Counted from the first letter of the stretch, positions 1 to 9,129 are shown. The stretch is DNA of 19,133 nt from Fidelibacterota bacterium (GCA_046861395.1 JBHHUC010000038.1:1-19133); one strand, 5' to 3'. Notes: generated from the letters alone by a model not told the origin. Numbers and translations are program-made.

Positions 1-121
1 CCGTCGTCTTCATGTTGTGCGTGTAGTTCGATATGGTTCCCGGGAAGAAGCCCTAAAGGTAGGAGCAGATTTGCATAAGCGGTTTGGTGTGGATTTCCGC
101 GTTTTGAACCGACCAGAGTAG
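1..121 (+). CDS. C-terminal fragment of a SPOR (peptidoglycan-binding) domain protein, 5'-truncated by the window edge
   Basis: Frame starting at base 2 reads RRLHVVRVVRYGSREEALKVGADLHKRFGVDFRVLNRPE, then TAG (119-121) and TAA. This fits the SPOR C-terminal pattern (xxVRVGxFxxREEA-helix-strand). Not in the ORF track because it has no start codon in the window. Confidence 0.7.
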   Translation, partial: RRLHVVRVVRYGSREEALKVGADLHKRFGVDFRVLNRPE

Positions 122-135
122 TAATGGAATAATTT

Positions 136-228
136 GGGAATGATTGCGTGGCTGGTGCCCGCCGCGGTCTTCAAAACCGTTGTCTCCAATGATCTTGGAG
201 AGGTGAGTTCGATTCTCACGCATTCCCG
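136..228 (+). tRNA. selC: tRNA-Sec (anticodon UCA)
   Basis: Acceptor GGGAATG (136-142)/CATTCCC (221-227) with discriminator G228. D arm has the 4-nt TGGT loop. Anticodon stem GCGGT/ACCGT encloses loop CTTCAAA (TCA at 171-173). Long variable arm TCTCCAA/TTGGAGA. T arm GTGAG-TTCGATT-CTCAC. CCA is not encoded (followed by CAA). Confidence 0.93.
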
Positions 229-234
229 CAAATA

Positions 235-250
235 TCCTGGTACGACAGGA
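235..250. terminator. Small hairpin between convergent selC and the kinase gene; possible weak terminator
   Basis: TCCTG-gtacga-CAGGA, followed by TATTT on the minus strand. The stem is only 5 bp. Confidence 0.25.
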
Positions 251-265
251 AAGTGATTGGTCAGT

Positions 266-3200
266 TTATTGGTTTTTATCCATTAGCTGGTTGAGCGTAG
301 CGTGGAGCTGTTCTCTTTGAATCGGTTTGGTTAGGAAATCATTACAACCGGCATTGAAACAACGTTCCCGGTCTTCAGTAAAAGCATGAGCAGTCAGGGC
401 GACAACGGGTAAATGCTCTACATTTTCCGTGGTCCGTATCTTTCTTACCAAAGCCAGTCCGTCTTCATTGCCTTTCAAGGACAAATCCAGTAATACAATA
501 TCAATTTCCTCTTTTTGCAGGAGTTCCCAACTGTCTGAAACTGTTTCCCTGACAAAGGTTTTATGCGGTTTAAGGATAAATTCAGCCAGCTTTTGGGAAT
601 TTATATCATCTTCGACAATTAAGATTCGATAATGCCGCTCTGTTTCAGTGACAGGGGTTGCGGAAGGAGTCAAATCTTCCACTGGTAGTACTTGCGTATC
701 GGTTTTGCCTTGGATCGGGAACAATAAGCGCACCGTTGTTCCCACACCCTTTTCACTTGATAGTTCCAAGTCGATATGATTTAGTTCCAAGTATCGTTTG
801 GTCAGCGCCATACCCAATCCTACCCCTTGGAATTCTTTGGTATACCCACTGGATTCCTGGGAAAAAGTATCGAAGACCCGTTCCAGATATTCATCCGACA
901 TGCCGATTCCCGTGTCCTGGATAATGAGAAGAATGCGCCCCTTTTCCTTCGTTAATCGAATTTCAATTTTACCTTCGTTGGTATATTTAATGGCATTATC
1001 CAACAGATTTGTCAGCGCCTGACTCACGCAATATTGATCGGCATACACCATATCATCCAAAGCGTCATCCAGGTGAACAATCATATCCAGACCTTTGTCA
1101 GAAATTTCCGTTTCCAGTTGGGTTGCGATAATTCGAATTAATGATTTCAGGGAAATGGAACTGGGGGATAATTCCAGTGTACCGGCTTCAATCTGTGATA
1201 TATCCATGATTTCATGAATGGTTCTCATGAGCCGGTCACCACTGTGATCAATGATCTGAAAGAATTTCTTATCTTCTTCGGTGGCTTCGTCGGCAAACCG
1301 TTCCTCAAGAATTCTTGAAAAGCCAATGATGGAATTCAATGGTGTGCGGATTTCATGGCTCATATTGGCAAGGAACAATGATTTAACCTTTTCGGCGGAT
1401 TCCGCCTTTGCCAGGGCCGTTTCTAATTCCTTTCGTGCTTTTTCAATTTTACTAATATCCCGGATGATCCCCTGATATTTTCCAGATGCATTGGGACCGG
1501 ATTGCACAGAAGAGGAGATCAGACAGGACATGATTGTTCCGTCCTTCCGCTTCAGGTTGACGGGATAATTTTTAATGTAACCTTTTTTGCGGATGGTGTC
1601 TCTGAACCGGCGCCGGTCGGAACGGTTCAAATAAAGTTTGGCAACATTGATGCCTTTTAGTTCATCATCCATATAACCGAATAATTCCCGAAATGCCGGA
1701 TTGAATTCCAGGAGTTTTCCGTTTCCGTCGGTAATGTAAATGGCATCCTGCGATTCTTCAAACAAAGCCCGGAATTTCCGTTCACTTGCGCGCAGATTTT
1801 CCGTTAAACTGATCTGCTCGGTAATGTCCTCCTTCACAGCCACGAAATGGAGCGTTTTATTTTGGTCATCCTTGACGGGTGAAATGGAGGCTGATTCCCA
1901 GAATAAATCGCCGTTTTTCTTTTTATTGCATATGATGCCCCGCCAGGTTTGTCCCGCCGTCAATGCTTTCCAGATATTGCCGTAGAAGCGCTCGGTATGA
2001 TGTCCGGATTTCAGGATACGGGGATTGGCACCGATGACTTCTTCGGCCGTATATCCCGTTACCTTGGTGAACCGGGGATTGACATATTCGATGGTTCCAT
2101 CAGGATCAGTCACCATGATAACCGCCGGGCTCTGTTCAATCAATGTTTGCTGCACCAGTAGCTGGGCCTGATCCTGGGTACGTTTCAATACGCCGCCCAA
2201 CTGGTTGGCAATCGTGGTTAAGTTTTTTAAGTCTTCCTGGCTATAGGCGAATGCATCATAAGACTGGATGGTAACAAACCCTACCGGAGTTTCCTCAAAA
2301 ATGATGGGGGCAAATAATAGGGATTTGGACGGTCGGTCCTTATCCCCGAAAGGCAGGAAAGTTTTGGGAGGTTCAGTACGGTTATCGAGAATCGCTTCAC
2401 CATCCAGGATTTGCTTATATATTAATTTTGAAAAAGGTTGTTCCTGAGCTGGAACTAAAACCGGTTTGGATGCACCTCGGGGTGTATCCAGATAATAATG
2501 ACCAATAATAAGTTGTTTGTTCCAGTCCAATGAAAATAACCCGAAGGCGTGATAAGCAAATAAATGTTCCAGCTCCTCAGCCAGAGCTCGCCCCAATTCT
2601 TCCAGGGTCATGGGCATGGTCATGCGATAAGAGAGTTCCTGAATGGCTTTGCGGAAGGATTCTTCTTTCTTTCGCTGTCGAATATCGCGTACAATACCAG
2701 TGGCAAACCACTGTTGTCCGATTTGGTAGCTTGAAATGGATAATTCCAGGGGAATGATATCTCCATTCTTATGAATACCTTCGGTTTCAACCGTCATTCC
2801 CACCATGGGACCACGACCTGTTTGTCGGAATGATTTTAGTCCTTTTATCGCTTTGGATATTTCACTCTTGGGAACGATGAGTCTATGCATTTTCTTCCCG
2901 ATGACTTCCTGATCATCATATCCGAAGAGGGATTCTGCCGCCCGGTTCCAGACGGTAATCTGGCCGCTGTCGTCAATTCCGATAATCGCATCATTGGCCG
3001 TGTCGGTCAGGGAGTGGAATTTCTCCTGTTCAGCCTGAAGGAGTTGAGCTGTCCGTTTTAAATCAGAAACATCGGTAATGGCCACCAGTATTCGTGACCA
3101 GGTTGCTTCCTGTCCCGTTGGAATAAAGCGGTAGAGAATGATCTGTAAATCCCTGCCATCGAGGGTTCGAAAGGGCGTTTCGAGGGTGAAATTCAGTTCT

Positions 3201-6200
3201 CCGGAATAGAGCGATACGAGGTCCGGAATGAAATCCCGGGCATTATTGGTTGAAAATAAGAGATGTTGCCGGGCAAATAAATCTTCTTTGGACCGGGCAC
3301 CAAAAATTTGAATTGAAGCCCGGTTTGCGTCCACTAGACGAATATCATGTACGCAATCGATCAATTCTTTGGGGTTTTCCTCGAAATATGCTGCCAGGTC
3401 TTTGATTCCCTTGAGACGATAGGTGTCTAATCGATCCTTGACGAGAGTATAATCTTCTTCCCAGAGTGAGATGGGCGAATCCTCGAACAATATTTTATAC
3501 CGGGCATTACTTTCGGAAAGGGCCTCTTCTGCACTACGGTGTGCCTCAACTTCCTGTTTTAGTTCCAGCGTTCTTTGTTCAACGAGATGCTCCAGATTCT
3601 GGCGATAGGATTCCAGTTCTTCTTCTAGTTCGATCTGGTCAGTAATATCACGTAAAAATAGTGACACGCCCAACACAGTGCCTTGGTTGTCGAAAATTGG
3701 GTTGTAACTGTTTTCATAATAATATTGGTTGGGAGGTAATCCATACGATTCAACAATAGCGAAATTTTCACCGTTTAATGCACGTTCAATATTATTTTTT
3801 GTTTTTTGGCGATCGATTTCATTCGGGAAAATCTCCAGGATATTTATCCCTACCTGCAGTTTTTTCCCCCAAATATGTGCCACGGCTTTCTTATGGTTTT
3901 CATTAAAAGCCAGATAATTGAATTGGGGATCAACGCTGTAGATTTCAATGCCTTTCGAGCTTTCGAGAATACTGGATAAAGTTTTTGATGCATTCTCGTG
4001 TTTTCGCATGGCGGACTCAAGTTCCCTTGTCCGACGGGCTACTTCCTTTTCCAGTTGACGTTTTTGTTGCCGTAATTGTTGTTCAATTTTTTCCTTCGCC
4101 TTGAGTTCTCTTGTCAGGGATTGAACGAGTAGATGGTTCTGATATGAGATGGATAATACATTCGCAACGCCTGTGAGTAAATCCAGAACAGCCGGGGAAT
4201 CACTTTCGGCGATGGTGGATTGAATAATCATGAGACCGGCGGTCCTACCCTGGGTTTTCATGGGAAGCAAAAAAGTATGGCCCGCATCCCAAGAATAGTT
4301 CTTGTCCGCATCCTTTTGTGTTGTCTTATTTATAGACTGGAATAAATCCGCAACCATTGAATCATTACTTTTTAAATGTAGCGGTTTTCCCTCCCGAATG
4401 AGTCTGGATCGTTTAGGCTGATGTTTTCCGAGTGCCGAAAAGGGGGGAAGATCAACGCCCTGTAAAACCCTATTATGTATTACGGCATAGTCGATGTGAA
4501 AGGTTTTCTCATTATCATCGTAAATCGCAATCAGGAAGACGGGAGTGGAAAAGAGATGTTTGATATGGAGATAGGTTGTCCGGTACATTTTACGCTTGGT
4601 CGTCGTTTGTCCCAGAGCATAGGTCAGTTCATTAATGGTACGGTGATAATTAAGTAACTTTTGTTGCTCTCTGCGACTTTGTACCAGGGGCGTAATGTCT
4701 TCTACCGTTCCTTCGTAATATAAAATGGACCCATCGTGATCCCGAACGGTGTGCGCATTTTCACGAACATAAACCCGGGTACCGTCTTTGCGTATCCAGG
4801 CTGTTTCATAGCCCCGTAATCCTTCCGGGCGTTCGGCAAGTTTGCAGAATGTACGGCGGTCATAGCCCGGCTCATAGCCCTCTTTTTCCAGGTCCCGCTG
4901 CTGTAATTCCTCCACTGAAGAATACCCCAACATGGAAACAAGATATTTATTTGCCAGCAAAATCCTTCCGTCAGTCGTCGTCCGGTAGAGTCCGATCGTG
5001 GAATTCTCAAACAGGGATTCGAATTGTCTGGCGCTGGCCTCTATCTTTTCCTGATATTTGACTTGCTGCGTGACATCGCGGGCAATTCCCCGGATAAGAG
5101 GCTTTTCGCCGGGTATTTTCTGTAGCACATTATTGTATTCCCAGACCATTTCCTGCTGATCTTTGGTACGCAGGCGAATAAAACCCCGTGCTTTACCGTC
5201 ACGTTTGATCCGGCGGAGATAATCGACCAAATCCTTTTGCCGATTTTCCAGAACCAAATCATGGAGATTCCGATGTAGGATTTGTTCTTTGGGATACCCC
5301 AGTAGCCGTTCGATGGCCTGGTTGACCGTCAGGATATTGCCATCGATATCATGGGTGTAAATCAAATCGTTGGAATTTTCCACCAGGTAGCGATACTTGG
5401 CTTCGCTTACCCGCAATCGCCTTTCCGATTTCACCTGTTCGGTCACGTCATGGGCCATGCCCCTGACAATGGCTCCGGGACCGATTTTTCTTAACGTATT
5501 CGAATAGCGCCATACATGGACATTTCCCGCACGGTCTTTGATATTCATTAATCCCTGGGCCTCACCCTGCTTTTTCAGCGCCGTGATATAGGGACGGAAC
5601 TGGGACTTGAATTCATCCGCCAATAAATCCTGAATATTCATTGTGAGCAGTTCCTGTGCCGAGTGACCCAGTTGTTTTTCAATGGCCGGGTTGACGCTGA
5701 GAATTCTTCCCTGCAGGTCATGAGTACAGATCAGATCGCTGCTATGTTCGACCAAATCTTTATAATGGGCTTCGCTGGCCTTGATCTGTTGCTCCGTATG
5801 GTACCGCAGCGAAATATCCTGAATGAGACCCACATATCCGCCGTTCGGTTCGATGCTTGATAATGAAACTTCAAATACTTTATTCCTGAAGGGCAGGGTA
5901 AAGGAAGGTACGGGTTGCCCGGCCAGCTGTTTTCTGATAATATTCGCAACTTTAGGAAAAACTTTAAAGCCCAGGAGCTCCTTAGCCAGTTCCACGGCAT
6001 GCCTGTTTAACATCCGGTTCGCCTTGATGTCGATCATCTCTTCCAGCTTTGGATTGATTAATGTAATGTAACCCTTCTTATCAACAGTGATGATTCCTTC
6101 CCGGGTGTTCTGAAAAATTGCTGCCAGTGTTTTTTCCCGGTTACAGGTCTGAAAAACGGACACGAACCGTTGTACCACAGGAAGAACGATTTCGGGCCTT

Positions 6201-6508
6201 TCATTGCAAAGGGGGATGACAAGCGTATCGTTAAAGTCATTTATTGTTGAAATCCACTTGTCACTTTTGGCAATATACATCACAGGGATGGCCAGGGATT
6301 CCCGGGACAGAATCTGCTGAACGGTTGTCAGGGACAGTGTCGGAACCGGATCAACATAGATGATGACCAATGGATTATTCGATTTCAGGCTACGGCGTAA
6401 ACCGGATTCCGTTTTAACCGTAGATAGGTGAAACTGGAGCCTTTTTTTAAGATTATCCAGAAAGACCGATTTATGGGCGATGATAATCAGGTTGTCAGTC
6501 GTCTTCAT
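266..6508 (-). CDS. Cytoplasmic multi-PAS/GAF hybrid sensor histidine kinase-response regulator (2080 aa)
   Basis: Repeated PAS S-box patterns ending in D(I/V)(T/S/R). Two GAF-like segments. H-box FLANMSHEIRTPLN, N-box NLLDNAIKYT, G1 DTGIGM, G2 GVGLGM. C-terminal receiver (ILIVEDD...VLLDLSL...LTA...FLTKP). No transmembrane helix evident. Confidence 0.95.
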   Translation of the reverse strand: MKTTDNLIIIAHKSVFLDNLKKRLQFHLSTVKTESGLRRSLKSNNPLVIIYVDPVPTLSLTTVQQILSRESLAIPVMYIAKSDKWISTINDFNDTLVIPLCNERPEIVLPVVQRFVSVFQTCNREKTLAAIFQNTREGIITVDKKGYITLINPKLEEMIDIKANRMLNRHAVELAKELLGFKVFPKVANIIRKQLAGQPVPSFTLPFRNKVFEVSLSSIEPNGGYVGLIQDISLRYHTEQQIKASEAHYKDLVEHSSDLICTHDLQGRILSVNPAIEKQLGHSAQELLTMNIQDLLADEFKSQFRPYITALKKQGEAQGLMNIKDRAGNVHVWRYSNTLRKIGPGAIVRGMAHDVTEQVKSERRLRVSEAKYRYLVENSNDLIYTHDIDGNILTVNQAIERLLGYPKEQILHRNLHDLVLENRQKDLVDYLRRIKRDGKARGFIRLRTKDQQEMVWEYNNVLQKIPGEKPLIRGIARDVTQQVKYQEKIEASARQFESLFENSTIGLYRTTTDGRILLANKYLVSMLGYSSVEELQQRDLEKEGYEPGYDRRTFCKLAERPEGLRGYETAWIRKDGTRVYVRENAHTVRDHDGSILYYEGTVEDITPLVQSRREQQKLLNYHRTINELTYALGQTTTKRKMYRTTYLHIKHLFSTPVFLIAIYDDNEKTFHIDYAVIHNRVLQGVDLPPFSALGKHQPKRSRLIREGKPLHLKSNDSMVADLFQSINKTTQKDADKNYSWDAGHTFLLPMKTQGRTAGLMIIQSTIAESDSPAVLDLLTGVANVLSISYQNHLLVQSLTRELKAKEKIEQQLRQQKRQLEKEVARRTRELESAMRKHENASKTLSSILESSKGIEIYSVDPQFNYLAFNENHKKAVAHIWGKKLQVGINILEIFPNEIDRQKTKNNIERALNGENFAIVESYGLPPNQYYYENSYNPIFDNQGTVLGVSLFLRDITDQIELEEELESYRQNLEHLVEQRTLELKQEVEAHRSAEEALSESNARYKILFEDSPISLWEEDYTLVKDRLDTYRLKGIKDLAAYFEENPKELIDCVHDIRLVDANRASIQIFGARSKEDLFARQHLLFSTNNARDFIPDLVSLYSGELNFTLETPFRTLDGRDLQIILYRFIPTGQEATWSRILVAITDVSDLKRTAQLLQAEQEKFHSLTDTANDAIIGIDDSGQITVWNRAAESLFGYDDQEVIGKKMHRLIVPKSEISKAIKGLKSFRQTGRGPMVGMTVETEGIHKNGDIIPLELSISSYQIGQQWFATGIVRDIRQRKKEESFRKAIQELSYRMTMPMTLEELGRALAEELEHLFAYHAFGLFSLDWNKQLIIGHYYLDTPRGASKPVLVPAQEQPFSKLIYKQILDGEAILDNRTEPPKTFLPFGDKDRPSKSLLFAPIIFEETPVGFVTIQSYDAFAYSQEDLKNLTTIANQLGGVLKRTQDQAQLLVQQTLIEQSPAVIMVTDPDGTIEYVNPRFTKVTGYTAEEVIGANPRILKSGHHTERFYGNIWKALTAGQTWRGIICNKKKNGDLFWESASISPVKDDQNKTLHFVAVKEDITEQISLTENLRASERKFRALFEESQDAIYITDGNGKLLEFNPAFRELFGYMDDELKGINVAKLYLNRSDRRRFRDTIRKKGYIKNYPVNLKRKDGTIMSCLISSSVQSGPNASGKYQGIIRDISKIEKARKELETALAKAESAEKVKSLFLANMSHEIRTPLNSIIGFSRILEERFADEATEEDKKFFQIIDHSGDRLMRTIHEIMDISQIEAGTLELSPSSISLKSLIRIIATQLETEISDKGLDMIVHLDDALDDMVYADQYCVSQALTNLLDNAIKYTNEGKIEIRLTKEKGRILLIIQDTGIGMSDEYLERVFDTFSQESSGYTKEFQGVGLGMALTKRYLELNHIDLELSSEKGVGTTVRLLFPIQGKTDTQVLPVEDLTPSATPVTETERHYRILIVEDDINSQKLAEFILKPHKTFVRETVSDSWELLQKEEIDIVLLDLSLKGNEDGLALVRKIRTTENVEHLPVVALTAHAFTEDRERCFNAGCNDFLTKPIQREQLHATLNQLMDKNQ

Positions 6509-6604
6509 ATTTCTGTAGCAATGTTAGATTTCGTATGTCATTCATTTGCCTAATTAGCCATTACCGAGGAATGGGTAAAGTTAAATAATCCTGCTAGAAA
6601 AATG

Positions 6605-7726
6605 CTAATCTCCGAAGCTGGTACCTACCAAGCGGGCACTGGTAATCCAGGGATGATCTAACGGAACATAGCGCTTTTTCCCCACAATGGATTCTAGCGG
6701 AAGGCCGCGGACTATCCCATCCTGTTTTGCTACCATAACGCCAAATTCCTCCCGCCGAATATAGTCGGCGCAGGCCGTGCCGAGCCGGGTGGCCAGCAAT
6801 CGGTCGGCCGCCGTCGGTGTTCCGCCCCGTTGGACATGTCCCAAGATCGTAACGCGGGAGTCGAGACCCGTTTTTTCTTCCAATTGTTCTGATAGACGAT
6901 ATGTATTTGAACTGAATTCATATTCCAAGGATTTGAGTTTTTTCCTGGCCTTTCCAACATCTTTTTCCGATTCTGCTTCATGCTTTGCCTTATAGGCTTT
7001 CTCAAGCCGATCGTGGTCATCGACAGAGAGTGCACCTTCGGCAATGGCGACTATGCTGAAATTTTTTCCTTGTTTACGCCGGGCCAGGATGGCATCGGCA
7101 ATTTTATTGGGATTATAGGGGATTTCAGGGATGAGAATAACATCGGCGCCACCAGCAATGCCGGCCCCCAATGTCAGCCATCCAGTATTATGCCCCATGA
7201 TTTCCACGACAATGATCCGGTGATGGCTGTGGGCCGTACTATGTAGACGATCTATGGCATCGGTTGCGATCTGAAGGGCTGTATCATAACCAAAGGTAAC
7301 ATCCGTACCCCAAATATCATTATCGATTGTTTTGGGCAAGGTAATGATGGGCAAACCTTTTTGATAGAGACGGTAGGCGTTTTTCTGCGTCCCACCTCCT
7401 CCGATGCATACCAGCGCATCCAGATGGTGTTGCCGAAACACGTCCACAATAACATGGGTCATGTCCATGATCTGGTCACCAACTGGCATTTTATGTGGTT
7501 TGTCGCGACTGGTCCCCAAGATGGTCCCGCCAATGGTGAGAATGCCGGACAAATCCATGGCATCCAAATGAACGGTCCGATTTTCCATCATGCCGCGAAA
7601 TCCATCGCGGAAACCGATTAATTGAATGGATTTGTCTTTCTGTCCTGCCTTGCCGAGGCCACGGATAGCGGCATTTAATCCCGGACTGTCGCCTCCGGCG
7701 GTAAGAATTCCAACGTATTTTGACAT
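6605..7726 (-). CDS. pfkA: 6-phosphofructokinase, PfkA family, group III/mixed-substrate type (373 aa)
   Basis: Motifs [44 protein letters not shown]. Start moved to ATG 7726 (MSKYVG) because the longer ORF overlaps the divergent AKR gene and has no PFK similarity. Confidence 0.93.
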   Translation of the reverse strand: MSKYVGILTAGGDSPGLNAAIRGLGKAGQKDKSIQLIGFRDGFRGMMENRTVHLDAMDLSGILTIGGTILGTSRDKPHKMPVGDQIMDMTHVIVDVFRQHHLDALVCIGGGGTQKNAYRLYQKGLPIITLPKTIDNDIWGTDVTFGYDTALQIATDAIDRLHSTAHSHHRIIVVEIMGHNTGWLTLGAGIAGGADVILIPEIPYNPNKIADAILARRKQGKNFSIVAIAEGALSVDDHDRLEKAYKAKHEAESEKDVGKARKKLKSLEYEFSSNTYRLSEQLEEKTGLDSRVTILGHVQRGGTPTAADRLLATRLGTACADYIRREEFGVMVAKQDGIVRGLPLESIVGKKRYVPLDHPWITSARLVGTSFGD

Positions 7727-7821
7727 GGTACTCTGCTTTGATTCGAAATTTCTAGTGTGAAGTTTACAAAACTCCAATGTATCTTTTAATGATATTTTCT
7801 TCATCAGTTGAAACGAGTACC

Positions 7822-8793
7822 ATGGAATACACAACACTGGGACATACGGGATTGCAGGTTTCGCGGCTGTGTCTGGGAACCATGCAATTTGGCTGGTCGG
7901 TGGATGAGGTCGACTCACAGCGTGTATTGACGGCTGCCTATGAGGCAGGGATTAATTTCATTGACACTGCTGACATCTATTCCCGCTGGGCTGAGGGAAA
8001 TGAGGGCGGTGTCGCAGAAACCATTATTGGAAACTGGTTACATAGCCAGGGCATACCACGCGATCAAGTCGTTCTGGCGACAAAAGTTCGGGGACAAATG
8101 GGAGATGGGGTTAACGATGCGGGGTTAAGCCGGTATCATATCATGAATTCCATTGATGGTTCTCTGCAGCGTCTGGGCGTGGATTACATTGATATTTATC
8201 AAACCCATTCGGTTGACCCTCAAACACCCATCGATGAAACATTACGAGCTCTTGATGACTTGATTCACAGTGGAAAAGTCCGCTATATCGGCTGTTCCAA
8301 TTATCCCGCCTGGAGATTGATGGAGGCGTTGTGGATTAGTGATAAGTTGAACCTGCACGCTTTTGTATCGGTTCAACCGAACTATTCTCTGGTTTACCGG
8401 CAATCTTTTGAACAGGAAACGATGGCCGTGTGTAAAAAATACGGTATTGGCGTTATTCCTTATAGTCCACTGGCAGGAGGTTTCCTGTCCGGGAAATATA
8501 TTAGAGGCCAGGATCTACCGGATAGCGTCCGGTCACGGGCTGTACAGGAACGTTACATGACGGACCAGAACTGGCGTACGCTAAAGCGTGTGCGAGGGAT
8601 TGCCGAACATTATCAGGCAAGTGTTTCACAGGTGTCGCTGGCCTGGCTCATGAATAATCCGGTCATTACGGCACCGATTATCGGTCCCCGGACGTTGGCG
8701 CAACTGGAGGATAATATTGGTGCACTGGATGTGGCCCTGTCAGGGAAAGAAATTTCAGACCTGGATAAAATCAGTCACTGGAATCAAACTTGA
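7822..8793 (+). CDS. Aldo/keto reductase (323 aa)
   Basis: [32 protein letters not shown] (catalytic D, Y), LATK (K), DYIDIYQTH (H), [20 protein letters not shown]. Start at ATG 7822 matches the typical N-terminus. Confidence 0.95.
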   Translation: MEYTTLGHTGLQVSRLCLGTMQFGWSVDEVDSQRVLTAAYEAGINFIDTADIYSRWAEGNEGGVAETIIGNWLHSQGIPRDQVVLATKVRGQMGDGVNDAGLSRYHIMNSIDGSLQRLGVDYIDIYQTHSVDPQTPIDETLRALDDLIHSGKVRYIGCSNYPAWRLMEALWISDKLNLHAFVSVQPNYSLVYRQSFEQETMAVCKKYGIGVIPYSPLAGGFLSGKYIRGQDLPDSVRSRAVQERYMTDQNWRTLKRVRGIAEHYQASVSQVSLAWLMNNPVITAPIIGPRTLAQLEDNIGALDVALSGKEISDLDKISHWNQT

Positions 8794-8805
8794 GGTCCGG
8801 TTTTC

Positions 8806-9129
8806 ATGAGTCGCGATAACATCGTTTATTCCACAGATCCAAATTATATTGCGGAGGAACCGCCAATAGTGGAAACCCTTCCGCCAGCGCAACAGAATTT
8901 GCATATTTGGCTGGAGCGGAAGGGGGGAAATAAATCAGTTACTCTAATTCGTGATTATGTCGGAAATATTGACGATCTCAAACAGCTGGGACGGGAGTTG
9001 AGAAAACACTGCGGTGTCGGCGGAACGGTTAAATCCGGCGAAATCATTTTACAGGGAGATGTGCGCGAGAAAGCGTTGAAACTCCTTCAGAGTCAGGGAT
9101 ATACAGCCCGCAAGAGCGGGGGGAAATGA
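8806..9129 (+). CDS. yciH: SUI1/eIF1-family translation factor (YciH-like)
   Basis: IVYSTDP...ERKGGNKSVTLI...LRKHCGVGGTVKSGEIILQGD. GAGGT SD-like sequence at 8792-8796. Confidence 0.9.
   Translation: MSRDNIVYSTDPNYIAEEPPIVETLPPAQQNLHIWLERKGGNKSVTLIRDYVGNIDDLKQLGRELRKHCGVGGTVKSGEIILQGDVREKALKLLQSQGYTARKSGGK

Noticed and set aside
1..13. Minus-strand ATGAAGACGAC identical to the first 11 nt of the kinase gene, suggesting a tandem paralog starting at base 13
   Set aside because: The plus strand here encodes a convincing SPOR-domain C-terminus and there is no SD on the minus strand, so this is treated as chance.
10..231. 73-aa minus-strand ORF
   Set aside because: Antisense to selC and the SPOR gene, with no recognisable protein features.
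229..7726. Integrative element at the selC 3' end
   Set aside because: No integrase, transposase or duplicated tRNA end is visible in the window.
7727..7918. Long N-terminal extensions of pfk (to 7918) and AKR (from 7777) in the ORF track
   Set aside because: They overlap each other and lack family similarity; ATG 7726 and ATG 7822 match the family N-termini.
8791..8808. AKR TGA stop is in frame with yciH 12 nt later, suggesting Sec readthrough or fusion given selC nearby
   Set aside because: AKR is complete at the stop, GAGGT works as the yciH SD, and no SECIS-like hairpin was recognised. In-frame spacing occurs one time in three by chance.
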